Positions 1-9,585 of a stretch of 32,000 nucleotides of DNA are shown here, one piece after another. This DNA comes from Butyrivibrio fibrisolvens. GTDB taxonomy: Bacteria > Bacillota > Clostridia > Lachnospirales > Lachnospiraceae. The stretch spans positions 2,553,052 to 2,585,051 of the forward strand of contig NZ_CP146963.1 of the NCBI RefSeq assembly GCF_037113525.1. The letters are read 5' to 3'. Both the position numbers and the translations under genes were made by a program. Within the stretch, counting starts at the first letter, position 1. Every line of letters starts with the position of its first letter. Under the pieces are notes generated by a model. That model was given only the letters and a program-made list of their open reading frames with translations, did no database searches and had not been told where the DNA came from.

Positions 1-735
1 AACAATAAGTGAGAAAACAAAATCAAATTTCTCATCTTCGATATCCTGATTGCTGGGGTCAGAAGCAACAACTTCGCCGATATCTTCCAGACCTTTAACT
101 ACAAGGAAAGCTCTGGCAGCTTTTAACAGACAGGTATCCTGAATCTTGACCGTAAGACCAAATACCTTACGGCTGTCAGCAATACCCTTTTTGATAGCCT
201 CTTTGGCTGTATCATCAAGAGGAATAAGATGCCAATCACCATGAGGAACTGCAGGTTCTGCTGAAGAAGCAGGTGCTGCAGCTGCGGGTGCGCCTTCTGC
301 TGCAGGTGCTGCAGGCGCTGATGCGGGTGCTGCCCCGCCTCCTCCGCCAGACTTGCCGGCACGAATATCTGCAAGAGCCTGAATAAGGTCTGCATTTTCT
401 TCCGTACCTTCATCCTGTGAAGATTCGATATTATCAACATATTCCTGAACCGCGTCAAGGCATTTGAACAGGGTATCAGTCATATGTGTGTCAACTTTTA
501 AAGTACCATTACGCACATCAGAAAATACATCTTCCATGTCATGGGTCAGCTGCTGCATGCGCTTATAGCCCATGGTTCCTGCCATACCCTTCATGGAATG
601 TGCCGAACGGAATATCTCATTGACACAATCTTCGTTGGTAGGATCATCTTCCAGAGTCATAATAGCATCGTTCAGAGTCTGGATATGTTCCTTAGCTTCA
701 TCAAGAAACACGCCTAGATATTGGGAAGTATCCAT
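1..735 (-). CDS. cheA: Chemotaxis histidine kinase CheA, N-terminal part (continues past the left edge)
   Basis: Missing from the ORF track because it runs off the window. The reverse complement of 735..1 reads MDTSQYLGVFLDEAKEHIQTLNDAIMTLEDDPTNEDCVNEIFRSAHSMKGMAGTMGYKRMQQLTHDMEDVF..., an Hpt/P1 domain with the phospho-His context FRSAHSMKG. An Ala/Pro-rich linker and a P2-like segment (VFGLTVKIQDTCLLKAARAFLVVKGLEDIGEVV) follow. The frame is open to nt 1. ATG at 735, GGAGGG RBS at 745-750. Confidence 0.9.
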   Translation of the reverse strand, partial: MDTSQYLGVFLDEAKEHIQTLNDAIMTLEDDPTNEDCVNEIFRSAHSMKGMAGTMGYKRMQQLTHDMEDVFSDVRNGTLKVDTHMTDTLFKCLDAVQEYVDNIESSQDEGTEENADLIQALADIRAGKSGGGGGAAPASAPAAPAAEGAPAAAAPASSAEPAVPHGDWHLIPLDDTAKEAIKKGIADSRKVFGLTVKIQDTCLLKAARAFLVVKGLEDIGEVVASDPSNQDIEDEKFDFVFSLIV

Positions 736-798
736 GTTTTATTACCCTCCTTGAAGAGTTAATAACCGGAATGTAGGCGTGATTTCTTAACAAAGTCG

Positions 799-885
799 GG
801 AGTTATAGCACTTCGTGCTATAACTCCTCCGGACATGAGAACCCAGTTCTCATGTCCAGAGTTAGAAAGCTTCGCTTTCTAACTC
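799..885 (-). repeat. Three back-to-back perfect hairpins in the cheB-cheA intercistronic region
   Basis: GGAGTTATAGCAC-TTC-GTGCTATAACTCC (799-827). GGACATGAGAAC-CCA-GTTCTCATGTCC (831-857). GAGTTAGAAAGC-TTC-GCTTTCTAACTC (859-885). Stems are 12-13 bp with no mismatch, and loops are 3 nt. The third overlaps the cheB stop codon. Confidence 0.9.
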
Positions 886-1964
886 ACCCCTACATTCATT
901 ACTATTTCCTGTGCGATCTTATCCAGCGATACTACCTGATTGGATAATCCGGCAGTTGCTACAGCTCTGGGCATACCATAAACTGTACAGGATTCTTCAT
1001 CCTGTGAGATAACATGCACTTTTTTACTAGCTTTAAGGTTCTTGATTCCTTCTGTGCCATCAGCACCCATTCCTGTCATGACTACACATACAACTTCATC
1101 ATAAGGTGAGTTTGCAAGTGATTCGTACATGAAGTTGGCACTTGGTTTAACGCCTTCTCTTGTAGGACCATCTTTAAAATGGATAACCAGCTTACCGGAA
1201 GGATTCTTCTCTATGTGCATATGTACACCGCCCTTGGCGATGTATACGGTTCCTTTCTGAAGCTCATCACCTTCTGCTGCTTCCTTGACTGATATCTCAG
1301 AAAGAGAGTCAAGACGAGCAGCAAGGGAAGCCGTGAAACCGACCGGCATATGCTGCACCAAAACAACTGGTGCTTTGAGATTTTTTGGAAGCTTTGGTAT
1401 AACCGCCTGAAGGGCTCTAGGACCGCCTGTAGAAGAAGCTATAGCGACGATCTTATTGCCTGATATGCTGGCTGTACTTTTCTGAACAGCCTGCATGATC
1501 TGCTTATCAATTTTTTTATCGGCGGGTTTTTCAGTTTTATTAACACTTACGATAGTAGGCAGCTTTGAAATGCTTACGCTCCAAAGGGTTGAAAGAAATT
1601 CCTTGGTGAAATCCTCTCCTTTGCAGGCAGAAGCTCTGTCAGGTTTATGAACGAAGTCTATAGCTCCAAGATCCAGAGCATCCATTGTGACCTTCGCACC
1701 TTCCATGGTATCCGTAGAAGCCATCATAGTGCGTATTCTGATCTTTTCTTCGTTCAATTTCTGAAGAAGCTCAATTCCGTTCATCTTAGGCATGTTAACG
1801 TCGAGAACCATGACATCATAAGAGTTGGACTGCCTCAGCATTTCAAGCGCTTCAACACCGTCTCTTGCGGTAGCTTCCACATGAAATTTTGAATCTGAAT
1901 TAATGATATCACTGAGAACGCTTCTCATAAGTGCAGAGTCATCAACTAAGAAAATTTTTTTCAT
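879..1964 (-). CDS. cheB: Chemotaxis response regulator protein-glutamate methylesterase CheB (REC plus methylesterase domains)
   Basis: 361 aa. The N-terminal receiver reads MKKIFLVDDSALMR...DVNMPKMNGIE. The C-terminal CheB esterase region reads IVAIASSTGGPRAL...HMP..FT...A.RL...GMGADG. ATG at 1964. It sits directly upstream of cheA, as in fla/che operons. Confidence 0.9.
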   Translation of the reverse strand: MKKIFLVDDSALMRSVLSDIINSDSKFHVEATARDGVEALEMLRQSNSYDVMVLDVNMPKMNGIELLQKLNEEKIRIRTMMASTDTMEGAKVTMDALDLGAIDFVHKPDRASACKGEDFTKEFLSTLWSVSISKLPTIVSVNKTEKPADKKIDKQIMQAVQKSTASISGNKIVAIASSTGGPRALQAVIPKLPKNLKAPVVLVQHMPVGFTASLAARLDSLSEISVKEAAEGDELQKGTVYIAKGGVHMHIEKNPSGKLVIHFKDGPTREGVKPSANFMYESLANSPYDEVVCVVMTGMGADGTEGIKNLKASKKVHVISQDEESCTVYGMPRAVATAGLSNQVVSLDKIAQEIVMNVGVS

Positions 1965-1994
1965 ATTTGCGCCTACTTTCTTACGTTTATTCGT

Positions 1995-2711
1995 TTATGT
2001 GCGTCGCATTAATTTACGTTCTTCTTCAAAGATGTAGTGGATTATATCTTCCCGATCATCTTCATCTATATTGGTATACTTAACCCTGTGCTCGAAACTT
2101 CCCTGCTTGTTTTCAAGCTCTCTTGTTTTAAGTATCTGCCCGATGATCCTGTAATCCTTGGGACTGCCTCTTTGAGGAAGCTGGTAACAGATGAATATCC
2201 TGGTATTTTCATCGAACCTTTCCGAAGATATGAACCTGATACCGCCACCGCTTATATCGACAATCATTCCTTTCTCCATAGGTTCATCATTATCAAGTGA
2301 AAAGAATGGATTATCCCTGATCGTTAGTTCTTCATCCTGCGTCAGATTCCTGAATTTGAAATTTATCGCGCAGCTGAAACGGTAATATTCTCTTCTTTGG
2401 AGTTTTGATAAAGGACTCGTGAGCTCCAGCGTCAGGATATACATATTATTGGACCTGTATCTGTCCTCGACCCGTCCATTACACTGGAACAGTCCCTTAT
2501 CAGAATAAAAAACTATAGTATAAGTGCCGTCTACTGGAAGGAGCTGCAGCTGCCCTTTTTCCATGGGCATCATGACATCGATCTTCTCTTCTGAGAGGAT
2601 GTCATAGATCTTACTTGCATATGACTTTCTCTCATTGCTCGAGTCAGTAAAATTGCTGGTATACGTCTGAAGTTCTATTCTGTTTCCCGGTATTATGTAA
2701 TCAGATAGCAT
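1995..2711 (-). CDS. PilZ-domain flagellar brake/clutch-type protein (YcgR/MotI-like c-di-GMP receptor)
   Basis: 238 aa. Both canonical PilZ motifs are readable: RxxxR in LQRREYYRF and DxSxxG in VDISGGGIRF. Located between flhG and cheB. Confidence 0.8.
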   Translation of the reverse strand: MLSDYIIPGNRIELQTYTSNFTDSSNERKSYASKIYDILSEEKIDVMMPMEKGQLQLLPVDGTYTIVFYSDKGLFQCNGRVEDRYRSNNMYILTLELTSPLSKLQRREYYRFSCAINFKFRNLTQDEELTIRDNPFFSLDNDEPMEKGMIVDISGGGIRFISSERFDENTRIFICYQLPQRGSPKDYRIIGQILKTRELENKQGSFEHRVKYTNIDEDDREDIIHYIFEEERKLMRRT

Positions 2712-2712
2712 G

Positions 2713-3645
2713 TCATCCTTTCGTGCCGCTTACGGCCTCAGCTGTAGTAGATTCAAGTTTTCTGCTCTTTATAATATGAGAAAAGAAAGCTGCCATTCCT
2801 CTGGGCTGAACCTCCGGTTCTGTTCCCGGTCCGCCCATAAGTTTTTTTGCAATACTTTCAAACGACCTTACCGACTTTGCATTCGGAAAAGCAATCGACA
2901 CCGGCGATTGCTGCATAACAGCGTTTGAAAGCTGTTGGTCTTGCGGAATAGAGCCTAGATACGTAAGGGGAAGCTTTAAGTACCTTGTAGAAACGGCACT
3001 TAGCTTATGATAAAGCTGCTCGCCCTCCGCTTCTGAGCTCACTCTGTTTGAAACCGTTTTAATTACTGTATCCTCCCTGCTAAATCTGGGATGGTGATTA
3101 AGCGCTTTAAGAAGTGAATAGGAATCGGTGATCGATGTAGGCTCCGGAGTAGTCACAAGGATGATCTCACCACTTGCAACTAAAAACTCCAAAACGGCAT
3201 CAGAAATTCCAGCTCCCGTATCCACAATTATTGTATCGGCTATTGCATCGAGTTCCGCAAGATTAACTATTATATAAACAAGATAATCTCTTGAAAGGTT
3301 ATACATGCCCGAAATGCCGGAACCGCCAGAAATAAAGCCAACTCCCATTGGTCCCCAGGTTATAACCTCTTTAATATTTTTTCCCTGATAGATAAGATCG
3401 CAAAGATTATGTTTGGGAACTGTACCAAACATGATCTCGATATTGGCAAGTCCAAAGTCTGCATCAAGGATTATGACTCTCTGCCCCATCTTGCGAAACT
3501 GAATAGCCAGATTGATGGCCACATTGCTCTTACCAACGCCGCCCTTACCGCTTGTAACAGTAATAACTCTGGCAAGGGGCCTGTTAGACTTTGTAGAATT
3601 GGCGTTTTTTATTATATTTCTAAGCTGCGTTGCCTGATCCTGCAT
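2713..3645 (-). CDS. flhG: Flagellar number regulator FlhG/YlxH (MinD/ParA-family ATPase)
   Basis: 310 aa with the deviant Walker A SGKGGVGKSNV and a MinD-like fold signature (ILDADFGLANI). It lies immediately downstream of flhF. ATG at 3645 is preceded by GGGGGA. Confidence 0.85.
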   Translation of the reverse strand: MQDQATQLRNIIKNANSTKSNRPLARVITVTSGKGGVGKSNVAINLAIQFRKMGQRVIILDADFGLANIEIMFGTVPKHNLCDLIYQGKNIKEVITWGPMGVGFISGGSGISGMYNLSRDYLVYIIVNLAELDAIADTIIVDTGAGISDAVLEFLVASGEIILVTTPEPTSITDSYSLLKALNHHPRFSREDTVIKTVSNRVSSEAEGEQLYHKLSAVSTRYLKLPLTYLGSIPQDQQLSNAVMQQSPVSIAFPNAKSVRSFESIAKKLMGGPGTEPEVQPRGMAAFFSHIIKSRKLESTTAEAVSGTKG

Positions 3646-3716
3646 ACACTATCCCCCGGCTTTATATACGAGATAAGCTCCGTCTATCTCCAGGAACAAA
3701 TATCGTCTTATGATAT

Positions 3717-5108
3717 TTATTTCTTTTTGCCACCAAGAAGGTTCTTTACGACTCTCTGTGCGTCAAATACCGCGATATCATCAGGTACATTCTGGCCATT
3801 TGTGATATAAGACATCGGCGCGCCGGTATGGAGCCTTAGATTATAAAGATTGCCCACAGCATTTGTTTCATCCATCTTGGTGAAAATAAGCTTGTAATCA
3901 AAGTCCTCTTTATAGTTATCAACTATCTCTAAAAGATCACGATACTTGGTAGATGCACTCATAACAAGGAAAGTATCCGTATCCATCTTTTCCTTAAGAG
4001 CCTTTACATAACTCCCAACTTCACTTCTTTGCTCTTCGTTATGAATGGAGTGCCCTGCTGTATCTACCATAATGTAGTCCATATCGCTAAAATCATCTGC
4101 AGCTTTCTTTATATCATCAACACTGTAGATAACCCTGAATGGGATCTCCAGTATTGAGGCATAGGTACGAAGCTGTTCTGCGGCTGCTATCCTGTAAGTA
4201 TCAACCGTAATAAGAGCAACCTTCTTGTGTTCAACTACAGTAAGCTTTGATGCGAGCTTTGCTATAGTCGTAGTCTTGCCAACACCTGTAGGTCCTATGA
4301 AGATCTCAGCTTTGACACCATTTTCAGAAGGCTTTATCTCCTCGGGATTACCAAATTTAAGGATCATCTTCTGATATACATTGCTAAGGAAGTATTCAAG
4401 CGGAACTCCTGGCTTTGCAAATCTCTCGACTTCGTCGGTCAGGTCATTTACATAGTGCTCGTCAACTTCATTTTCGATCATTGTGTTATAAAGGAGTTTG
4501 ATAAAAGAAAGAGTCTCTTCCGGGATCGTATCATCCTTAGCATGGACAACGACGTTATCGCCCTTATCATCAGACGCATTAGATGCTTCGTTTTCTTTTT
4601 GCGGACGCACGATATTTTTTTCCAAAAGAGAATGCAGTGAATCAAGCTTTTCTTCTATGACAGAACTTGACGGAGTCACAGTAACTCCGGGTCTTTCAAG
4701 GACAACAGAAGAAGCCGTTGCATTCTCGGCTACAACAGCATTTATATCTGCGATTTTTGAAGATGTGCTGCTACCACCAACTTTAAGCGGAGGCAGAACG
4801 CCTGACTGAGAAGCTTTGATAAGCTTTTTAGACGGATCCACAGTTTCTGAAGGCTTGCTGTCAGACTGTTCAGGTGTGATAGTACTCTTTTTGGGGCGCA
4901 CGATCTTATCAGCAAGATCAGGTTCTTCTTCCAGTGCAACCGTCACCTCTGTCTTAGGTTTTTGGAAAAAAGACCAAAAGCCAACCTTTCGTACAGGTCG
5001 TACATTCATCACTACGATACCTGCACCAAGTTCCTCTCTCGCCTGCTCTGTGGCATCTTCTTCTGTTTTACCAACAAACTTCTTGATGATCATAGGCTCT
5101 TTTCCCAT
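3717..5108 (-). CDS. flhF: Flagellar biosynthesis SRP-type GTPase FlhF
   Basis: 463 aa. The C-terminal NG domain carries GPTGVGKTTTIAKLA, DTAGH and TKMDE motifs. A long Ser/Pro/Lys-rich N-terminal region precedes it. Position between flhA and flhG. Confidence 0.9.
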   Translation of the reverse strand: MGKEPMIIKKFVGKTEEDATEQAREELGAGIVVMNVRPVRKVGFWSFFQKPKTEVTVALEEEPDLADKIVRPKKSTITPEQSDSKPSETVDPSKKLIKASQSGVLPPLKVGGSSTSSKIADINAVVAENATASSVVLERPGVTVTPSSSVIEEKLDSLHSLLEKNIVRPQKENEASNASDDKGDNVVVHAKDDTIPEETLSFIKLLYNTMIENEVDEHYVNDLTDEVERFAKPGVPLEYFLSNVYQKMILKFGNPEEIKPSENGVKAEIFIGPTGVGKTTTIAKLASKLTVVEHKKVALITVDTYRIAAAEQLRTYASILEIPFRVIYSVDDIKKAADDFSDMDYIMVDTAGHSIHNEEQRSEVGSYVKALKEKMDTDTFLVMSASTKYRDLLEIVDNYKEDFDYKLIFTKMDETNAVGNLYNLRLHTGAPMSYITNGQNVPDDIAVFDAQRVVKNLLGGKKK

Positions 5109-5117
5109 CTATATTGG

Positions 5118-7181
5118 TCATGCTGTTACCATGCCAACCGACTGTAATTCAACGTCACTTTCCACTTCGTTGTAGGAAATGACTATAAGATCTTTGTAAG
5201 TTTCCTCTGTCATCTTTTTAAAGTACATTCTAACTATCGGAGAAGTCATGACTATTGGACTTCTGCCGTTGTCTTCAAGCTTCTTGGCCTGACTGACAAC
5301 GCTCTTTAGTATAGCTCTCGTTCTCTCAGGATCGAGCGTAAGATAAGCGCCTGTTTCTGTCTGTTTGACAGATCCCATGATCTCCTGTTCGACCTTAGGA
5401 TCAAGGGTCACAACGCTTGTGGTTTCGCCCGGGATGAAATACTTATTGGATATAGCACGCTTAAGGCTCTGGCGCACATATTCAGTAAGTATATCCGTAT
5501 CATGAGTACTCGGAGCATAGTCTGCAAGAGTCTCAAATATAGTTACAAGGTCTCTTATTGATATACCCTCTGACAAAAGATTCTGTAGAACCTTCTCTAT
5601 TTCACCAAGGCTCATAAGCTTTGGTACAAGCTCGTCAACAAGGGCTGCATTGTTCTCTTTAAGGTTATTGACAAGATTCTGAACATCCTGCCTAGTCATA
5701 AGCTCAGCAATATGCTCTCTTATAACTTCCGTAAGATGAGTTGCGATGATAGACGGCGGATCAACAACTGTATAACCCATGGATTCCGCACGTTCTCTCT
5801 GGCTTTCCGTGATCCATATAGCCGGCAGGTGGAAGGAAGGTTCAAAGGTCGGGATACCTGTGATCTCTTCCTCAACATGTCCCGGATTCATGGCCATATA
5901 GTGGTCAAATAAGATCTCGCCCTCGCTTATCTGTATACCTTTTATCTTAATGATATACTGATTCGGATTGAGCTGGATATTATCACGAAGACGGATAATA
6001 GGTACAACCGTTCCAAGTTCAAGAGCTATCTGGCGCCTGATCATAACAACACGGTCAAGAAGGTCACCGCCCTGATTGATATCAGCAAGTGGAATGATAC
6101 CGTATCCAAACTCAAGCTCTATAGGATCAACCTGAAGAAGGGAGTTAACATTTTCAGGCTGCCTTATCTCTTCTGCCTGGGCCTCTTCAGTTTCTTCCAC
6201 CGCTTCTTCTGTTATAGATTCTTCAACCCTTTGCTGCATCATTCTTCCGCCAACTATATAGACGGCACCGATAATAACATAGATAACAGGCGGCAGTGGT
6301 GAGAAAACGCCAAGGAAAGCTACAACTGCACCTACGAGGTACATAACCTTAGGAAGACCGAATACCTGATTGATAAGTGTATGACCAAAATCAGATTCGC
6401 CTGCACCCTTAGTTACAAGAACACCTGTTGCAAGGGATGTACAAAGAGAAGGAATTGATGATACAAGGCCGTCACCTATTGTAAGGATTGTGTATTTATC
6501 AACAGCTTCATTAAGTGAAAGGCTCTGCCTTAAAACACCCATCAGGATACCGCCAACGATATTTACAGCCGTGATTATAAGTCCCGCAGCAGCGTCTCCT
6601 TTTACGTACTTGGAAGCACCGTCCATGTTACCAAAGAAGGTTGCTTCCTGCTGAATATGGTCACGTCTTCTCTTAGCTTCTTTGTCATCTATAACACCCG
6701 TATTAAGATCGGCATCGATAGCCATCTGCTTACCGGGCATAGCATCAAGTGTAAATCTTGCTGTTACTTCAGATACACGTTCTGAACCTTTGTTGATAAC
6801 TACGAACTGAACAATGATAAGGATAAAATAAACGATAATACCAATAATAAGGTCGCCGGCACCAACGAACTGACCGAAAACCTCAATAACCTTACCGGGG
6901 TTACCGGTTGTAAGTATAAGTCTTGTAGATGAAACGTTTAGAGCAATTCTGAAAACCGTTGTACATAGAAGCATTGTAGGATAAAAACTCATATCCAAAG
7001 CTTCCTTGACATACATGGCATTAAATAAAATTGCAAAGGCCATAGAAAGGTCGATTGCAAGTAGAATATCCATTAGCATCGCAGGGATGGGAATGATGAG
7101 CATTATAAGCGCAGATACTATATAAAGTGCTACGCCATAGTCAAAAACCAGCTCAGTAATCTTCTTACGATTCATAAGCAT
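5118..7181 (-). CDS. flhA: Flagellar type III export apparatus protein FlhA
   Basis: 687 aa. Characteristic FHIPEP region (RFTLDAMPGKQMAIDADLN, FFGNMDGASKYVKGDA) and a C-terminal cytoplasmic domain. The real start may be the ATG at 7175 (MNRKK...), which has better spacing to the GGGGGA box at 7182-7187. Confidence 0.95.
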   Translation of the reverse strand: MLMNRKKITELVFDYGVALYIVSALIMLIIPIPAMLMDILLAIDLSMAFAILFNAMYVKEALDMSFYPTMLLCTTVFRIALNVSSTRLILTTGNPGKVIEVFGQFVGAGDLIIGIIVYFILIIVQFVVINKGSERVSEVTARFTLDAMPGKQMAIDADLNTGVIDDKEAKRRRDHIQQEATFFGNMDGASKYVKGDAAAGLIITAVNIVGGILMGVLRQSLSLNEAVDKYTILTIGDGLVSSIPSLCTSLATGVLVTKGAGESDFGHTLINQVFGLPKVMYLVGAVVAFLGVFSPLPPVIYVIIGAVYIVGGRMMQQRVEESITEEAVEETEEAQAEEIRQPENVNSLLQVDPIELEFGYGIIPLADINQGGDLLDRVVMIRRQIALELGTVVPIIRLRDNIQLNPNQYIIKIKGIQISEGEILFDHYMAMNPGHVEEEITGIPTFEPSFHLPAIWITESQRERAESMGYTVVDPPSIIATHLTEVIREHIAELMTRQDVQNLVNNLKENNAALVDELVPKLMSLGEIEKVLQNLLSEGISIRDLVTIFETLADYAPSTHDTDILTEYVRQSLKRAISNKYFIPGETTSVVTLDPKVEQEIMGSVKQTETGAYLTLDPERTRAILKSVVSQAKKLEDNGRSPIVMTSPIVRMYFKKMTEETYKDLIVISYNEVESDVELQSVGMVTA

Positions 7182-7281
7182 CCCCCTTTCCCAATCATTC
7201 TCATAAAATGATTGAAAAATGCACTAACCCTAACACCTTAATGATATTTTATCAAAAAAATAGCGCAATTACATCACTTTT

Positions 7282-8400
7282 TTATATTTTTCCCTGCAGT
7301 TTATATACATATGCTAATACTTCTGCCACTGCCTTATACAATTCAGGCGGGATAAATTCGCCTATTTCAACGTTTGCATAGAGCATTCGTGCAAGGGGCT
7401 TATCTTCTACTATCTCGATGTGATTTTCTTTGGCTACTTCCTTGATCTTCTGAGCTACAAAATCGGCACCTTTGGCTATTACTTTAGGAGCAGGGTCTTC
7501 ATCCTGGTTGTAAAGAAGGGCTACTGCATAGTGGGTAGGGTTTGTGATAACTACGTCAGCTTTGGGGAGTTCTTTCATCATTCTGCGCTGGGCAGCTTCT
7601 CTCATTCTCTGTTTCTGCTTCGATTTGACCTGAGGATCACCTTCAGTATCTTTATATTCATCTTTAACTTCCTGCTTGGTCATCTTCATGTCTTCACGGA
7701 ATTTATGCTTCTGATAAAGAAAATCTGCGAATGCTACAATGACGTATACAAGAGCGCATCGAAGTCCAAGATCTATTATCAGATCACCCATAAGGGCTAT
7801 TCCCTGTTTGAGTGGCATGTCATAGAGAAGGTATATTGATTCTTCTCTTCCTGTGAGAGTTATATATACCACAGCTGATATCAGGCCTATCTTAAGGAGA
7901 GCTTTTAACAGATTAAAAAGAGACTGAACAGAAAAAATACGCTTAATTCCGTTAAGAGGGTTAAGCTTATCAAATTTGGGTTTCATAGGCTCCGGGGTTA
8001 TCTTAAATCCGAACTGGATTATATTGCAGATAAGCGCCAGGGCAAATCCTGCGATGAGATACGGAAGAACCGTGAGAAGGACAACAACAATTATCTTTTT
8101 AAAAATAGAATCAAATGTAGCTCTTGGGATATATCCATCCACCATCACTATGGTATCAGGAATATTTTCATAGATATTTCTGAAAAGAAACAGGAAATTA
8201 GTGCCAAGGTATTCTTTATAGACGCTCAATATGATAAAAAAGGCAAAAAGATCCGCAGCCACGGTTATTTCCTGGCTTTTTGCCACCTGACCTTTTTTTC
8301 TTGCATCACTTAGTCTTTTGCTGGTTGCCTCTTCGGTCTTTTCACCGCCGGGACCTTCTTTGGCAAAAAACTGAAGATCATACCTAAGGCGTAAGTCCAT
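7282..8400 (-). CDS. flhB: Flagellar export switch protein FlhB
   Basis: LQFFAKEGPGGEKTEEATSKRLSDARKKGQV N-terminus and the NPTH autocleavage site (VVITNPTHYAVAL). The ORF track starts at a TTG at 8418. The ATG at 8400 (MDLRLRYDLQFF) has a GGAG RBS 7 nt upstream and is preferred. Either start overlaps the end of fliR. Confidence 0.93.
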   Translation of the reverse strand: MDLRLRYDLQFFAKEGPGGEKTEEATSKRLSDARKKGQVAKSQEITVAADLFAFFIILSVYKEYLGTNFLFLFRNIYENIPDTIVMVDGYIPRATFDSIFKKIIVVVLLTVLPYLIAGFALALICNIIQFGFKITPEPMKPKFDKLNPLNGIKRIFSVQSLFNLLKALLKIGLISAVVYITLTGREESIYLLYDMPLKQGIALMGDLIIDLGLRCALVYVIVAFADFLYQKHKFREDMKMTKQEVKDEYKDTEGDPQVKSKQKQRMREAAQRRMMKELPKADVVITNPTHYAVALLYNQDEDPAPKVIAKGADFVAQKIKEVAKENHIEIVEDKPLARMLYANVEIGEFIPPELYKAVAEVLAYVYKLQGKI

Positions 8401-9166
8401 AAGCGAACTCCTGAACAAGTATTTTCATCTGGTCAAAAACAAATTCAGATGCAGCTGACATAAGGGAGCTTGTCAAAAACAGTATCCCAAGACCTACCAG
8501 GATCTTGAGCTGCATACCTACAGCAAACATGTTGAGCTGAGGAGAAACCTTGGCAAGGATACCAAGGACTATATTCATGGTAAAACATATGATAAATACA
8601 GGGAGCGTGATCCTAAAGCCGATGACCATATAGTCCTTCATAAATTCAAGCATGCTCTTTAAAAGGAAATTGGTCTGGGGCACTGCTCCGTTAACAGGAA
8701 TGATCACAAAAGAATCTGCAAGCGCCTTCACAAGATATCTGTACATACCGCTTATAATAAGCATTATCATAAGCATCTGCTGATAAAGAGCACCTGTAAT
8801 TGTCACGTTGGTATTGGTGCCCGGATCCATTATAGATACCATAGAAAGACCCGTCATCATATCTATTATCTGACCTGCAAATGAACCTATCTGCATACAG
8901 ATAAGAGATGCAAAAGCAAGGATAATTCCGGTTACGAGCTCTCTCATGACTATGACAGCATAGCCGTAGACAGTTGAATACTCAAGGTTCATTCTTGGAG
9001 CCACGTCAAAAAGGATAAAAGCAAGAAATATCGAAAAGCCAACTTTATATCTTGCAGGTATACCTCTGGCAGAAAAAAACGGCGCAACAAATATAAAGGC
9101 CGAGACCCGGACCAGAATAAGCAGAAAATATTCAAGATCGCCATAGGTAAAAGAAAGATCAACCAT
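8384..9166 (-). CDS. fliR: Flagellar export apparatus protein FliR
   Basis: 260-aa polytopic membrane protein in the conserved fliP-fliQ-fliR-flhB order. FliR-like N-terminus (FLLILVRVSAFIFVAPFF). Confidence 0.88.
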   Translation of the reverse strand: MVDLSFTYGDLEYFLLILVRVSAFIFVAPFFSARGIPARYKVGFSIFLAFILFDVAPRMNLEYSTVYGYAVIVMRELVTGIILAFASLICMQIGSFAGQIIDMMTGLSMVSIMDPGTNTNVTITGALYQQMLMIMLIISGMYRYLVKALADSFVIIPVNGAVPQTNFLLKSMLEFMKDYMVIGFRITLPVFIICFTMNIVLGILAKVSPQLNMFAVGMQLKILVGLGILFLTSSLMSAASEFVFDQMKILVQEFAYGLTP

Positions 9167-9204
9167 GATTTATGCCTTATAAGTGAGACTTTTTTCTTTT
9201 TTGA

Positions 9205-9474
9205 TCAATGAATATATAGGGAAAAATCTGACCACAGCTTTGTCATAAAATTGGATATCTGCGTACCCATATAATTTCCAAGAAATATCAAACATCCAAA
9301 TGCAACAAGAAGTTTAGGAACAAAAGTCAGGGTCTGTTCCTGTATCGAGGTTACAGTCTGGAATATGGAGATCATAAGACCCATTATAAGGGAAGCCAGA
9401 AGCATCGGGCCGCCGACTTTTATTACAAGGAATAGTGCTTCTCTTATGATCTGATTAACAACACCAGCATCCAT
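9205..9474 (-). CDS. fliQ: Flagellar export apparatus protein FliQ
   Basis: Small two-TM protein (MDAGVVNQIIREALFLVIKVGGPMLLASL...QEQTLTFVPKL). The ATG at 9474 has a GGAGGT RBS 7 nt upstream. The track's upstream ATG at 9489 lies inside that RBS. Confidence 0.9.
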   Translation of the reverse strand: MDAGVVNQIIREALFLVIKVGGPMLLASLIMGLMISIFQTVTSIQEQTLTFVPKLLVAFGCLIFLGNYMGTQISNFMTKLWSDFSLYIH

Positions 9475-9510
9475 AGATCGTACCTCCATGTGATTTAATA
9501 CAAGATCGGG

Positions 9511-9584
9511 AACTACAGGATGTATAGAGTTACGCTCCGTAACTCAGTACATGTTCAGAAATGCATGGATGCATTTCTATGTAC
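9511..9584 (+). repeat. Copy of the A-B hairpin module with an inserted GAGTTA-type hairpin (fliP-fliQ spacer)
   Basis: AACTACAGGATGTA (degenerate hairpin A), then GAGTTACG-CTC-CGTAACTC (9527-9545). Then GTACAT-GTTC-AGAAATGCAT-GG-ATGCATTTCT-ATGTAC (9547-9584), ending 1 nt before the fliP stop. Orientation is opposite to the copies at 27.7 kb. Confidence 0.85.
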
Positions 9585-9585
9585 G

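Noticed and set aside
123-458. 111-aa minus-strand ORF from the track, rich in Gln/Leu/His
   Set aside because: It is out of frame with the clearly recognisable CheA reading frame (ATG at 735, open to nt 1) that covers the same bases. Its sequence is a low-complexity shadow of the Ala/Pro linker.
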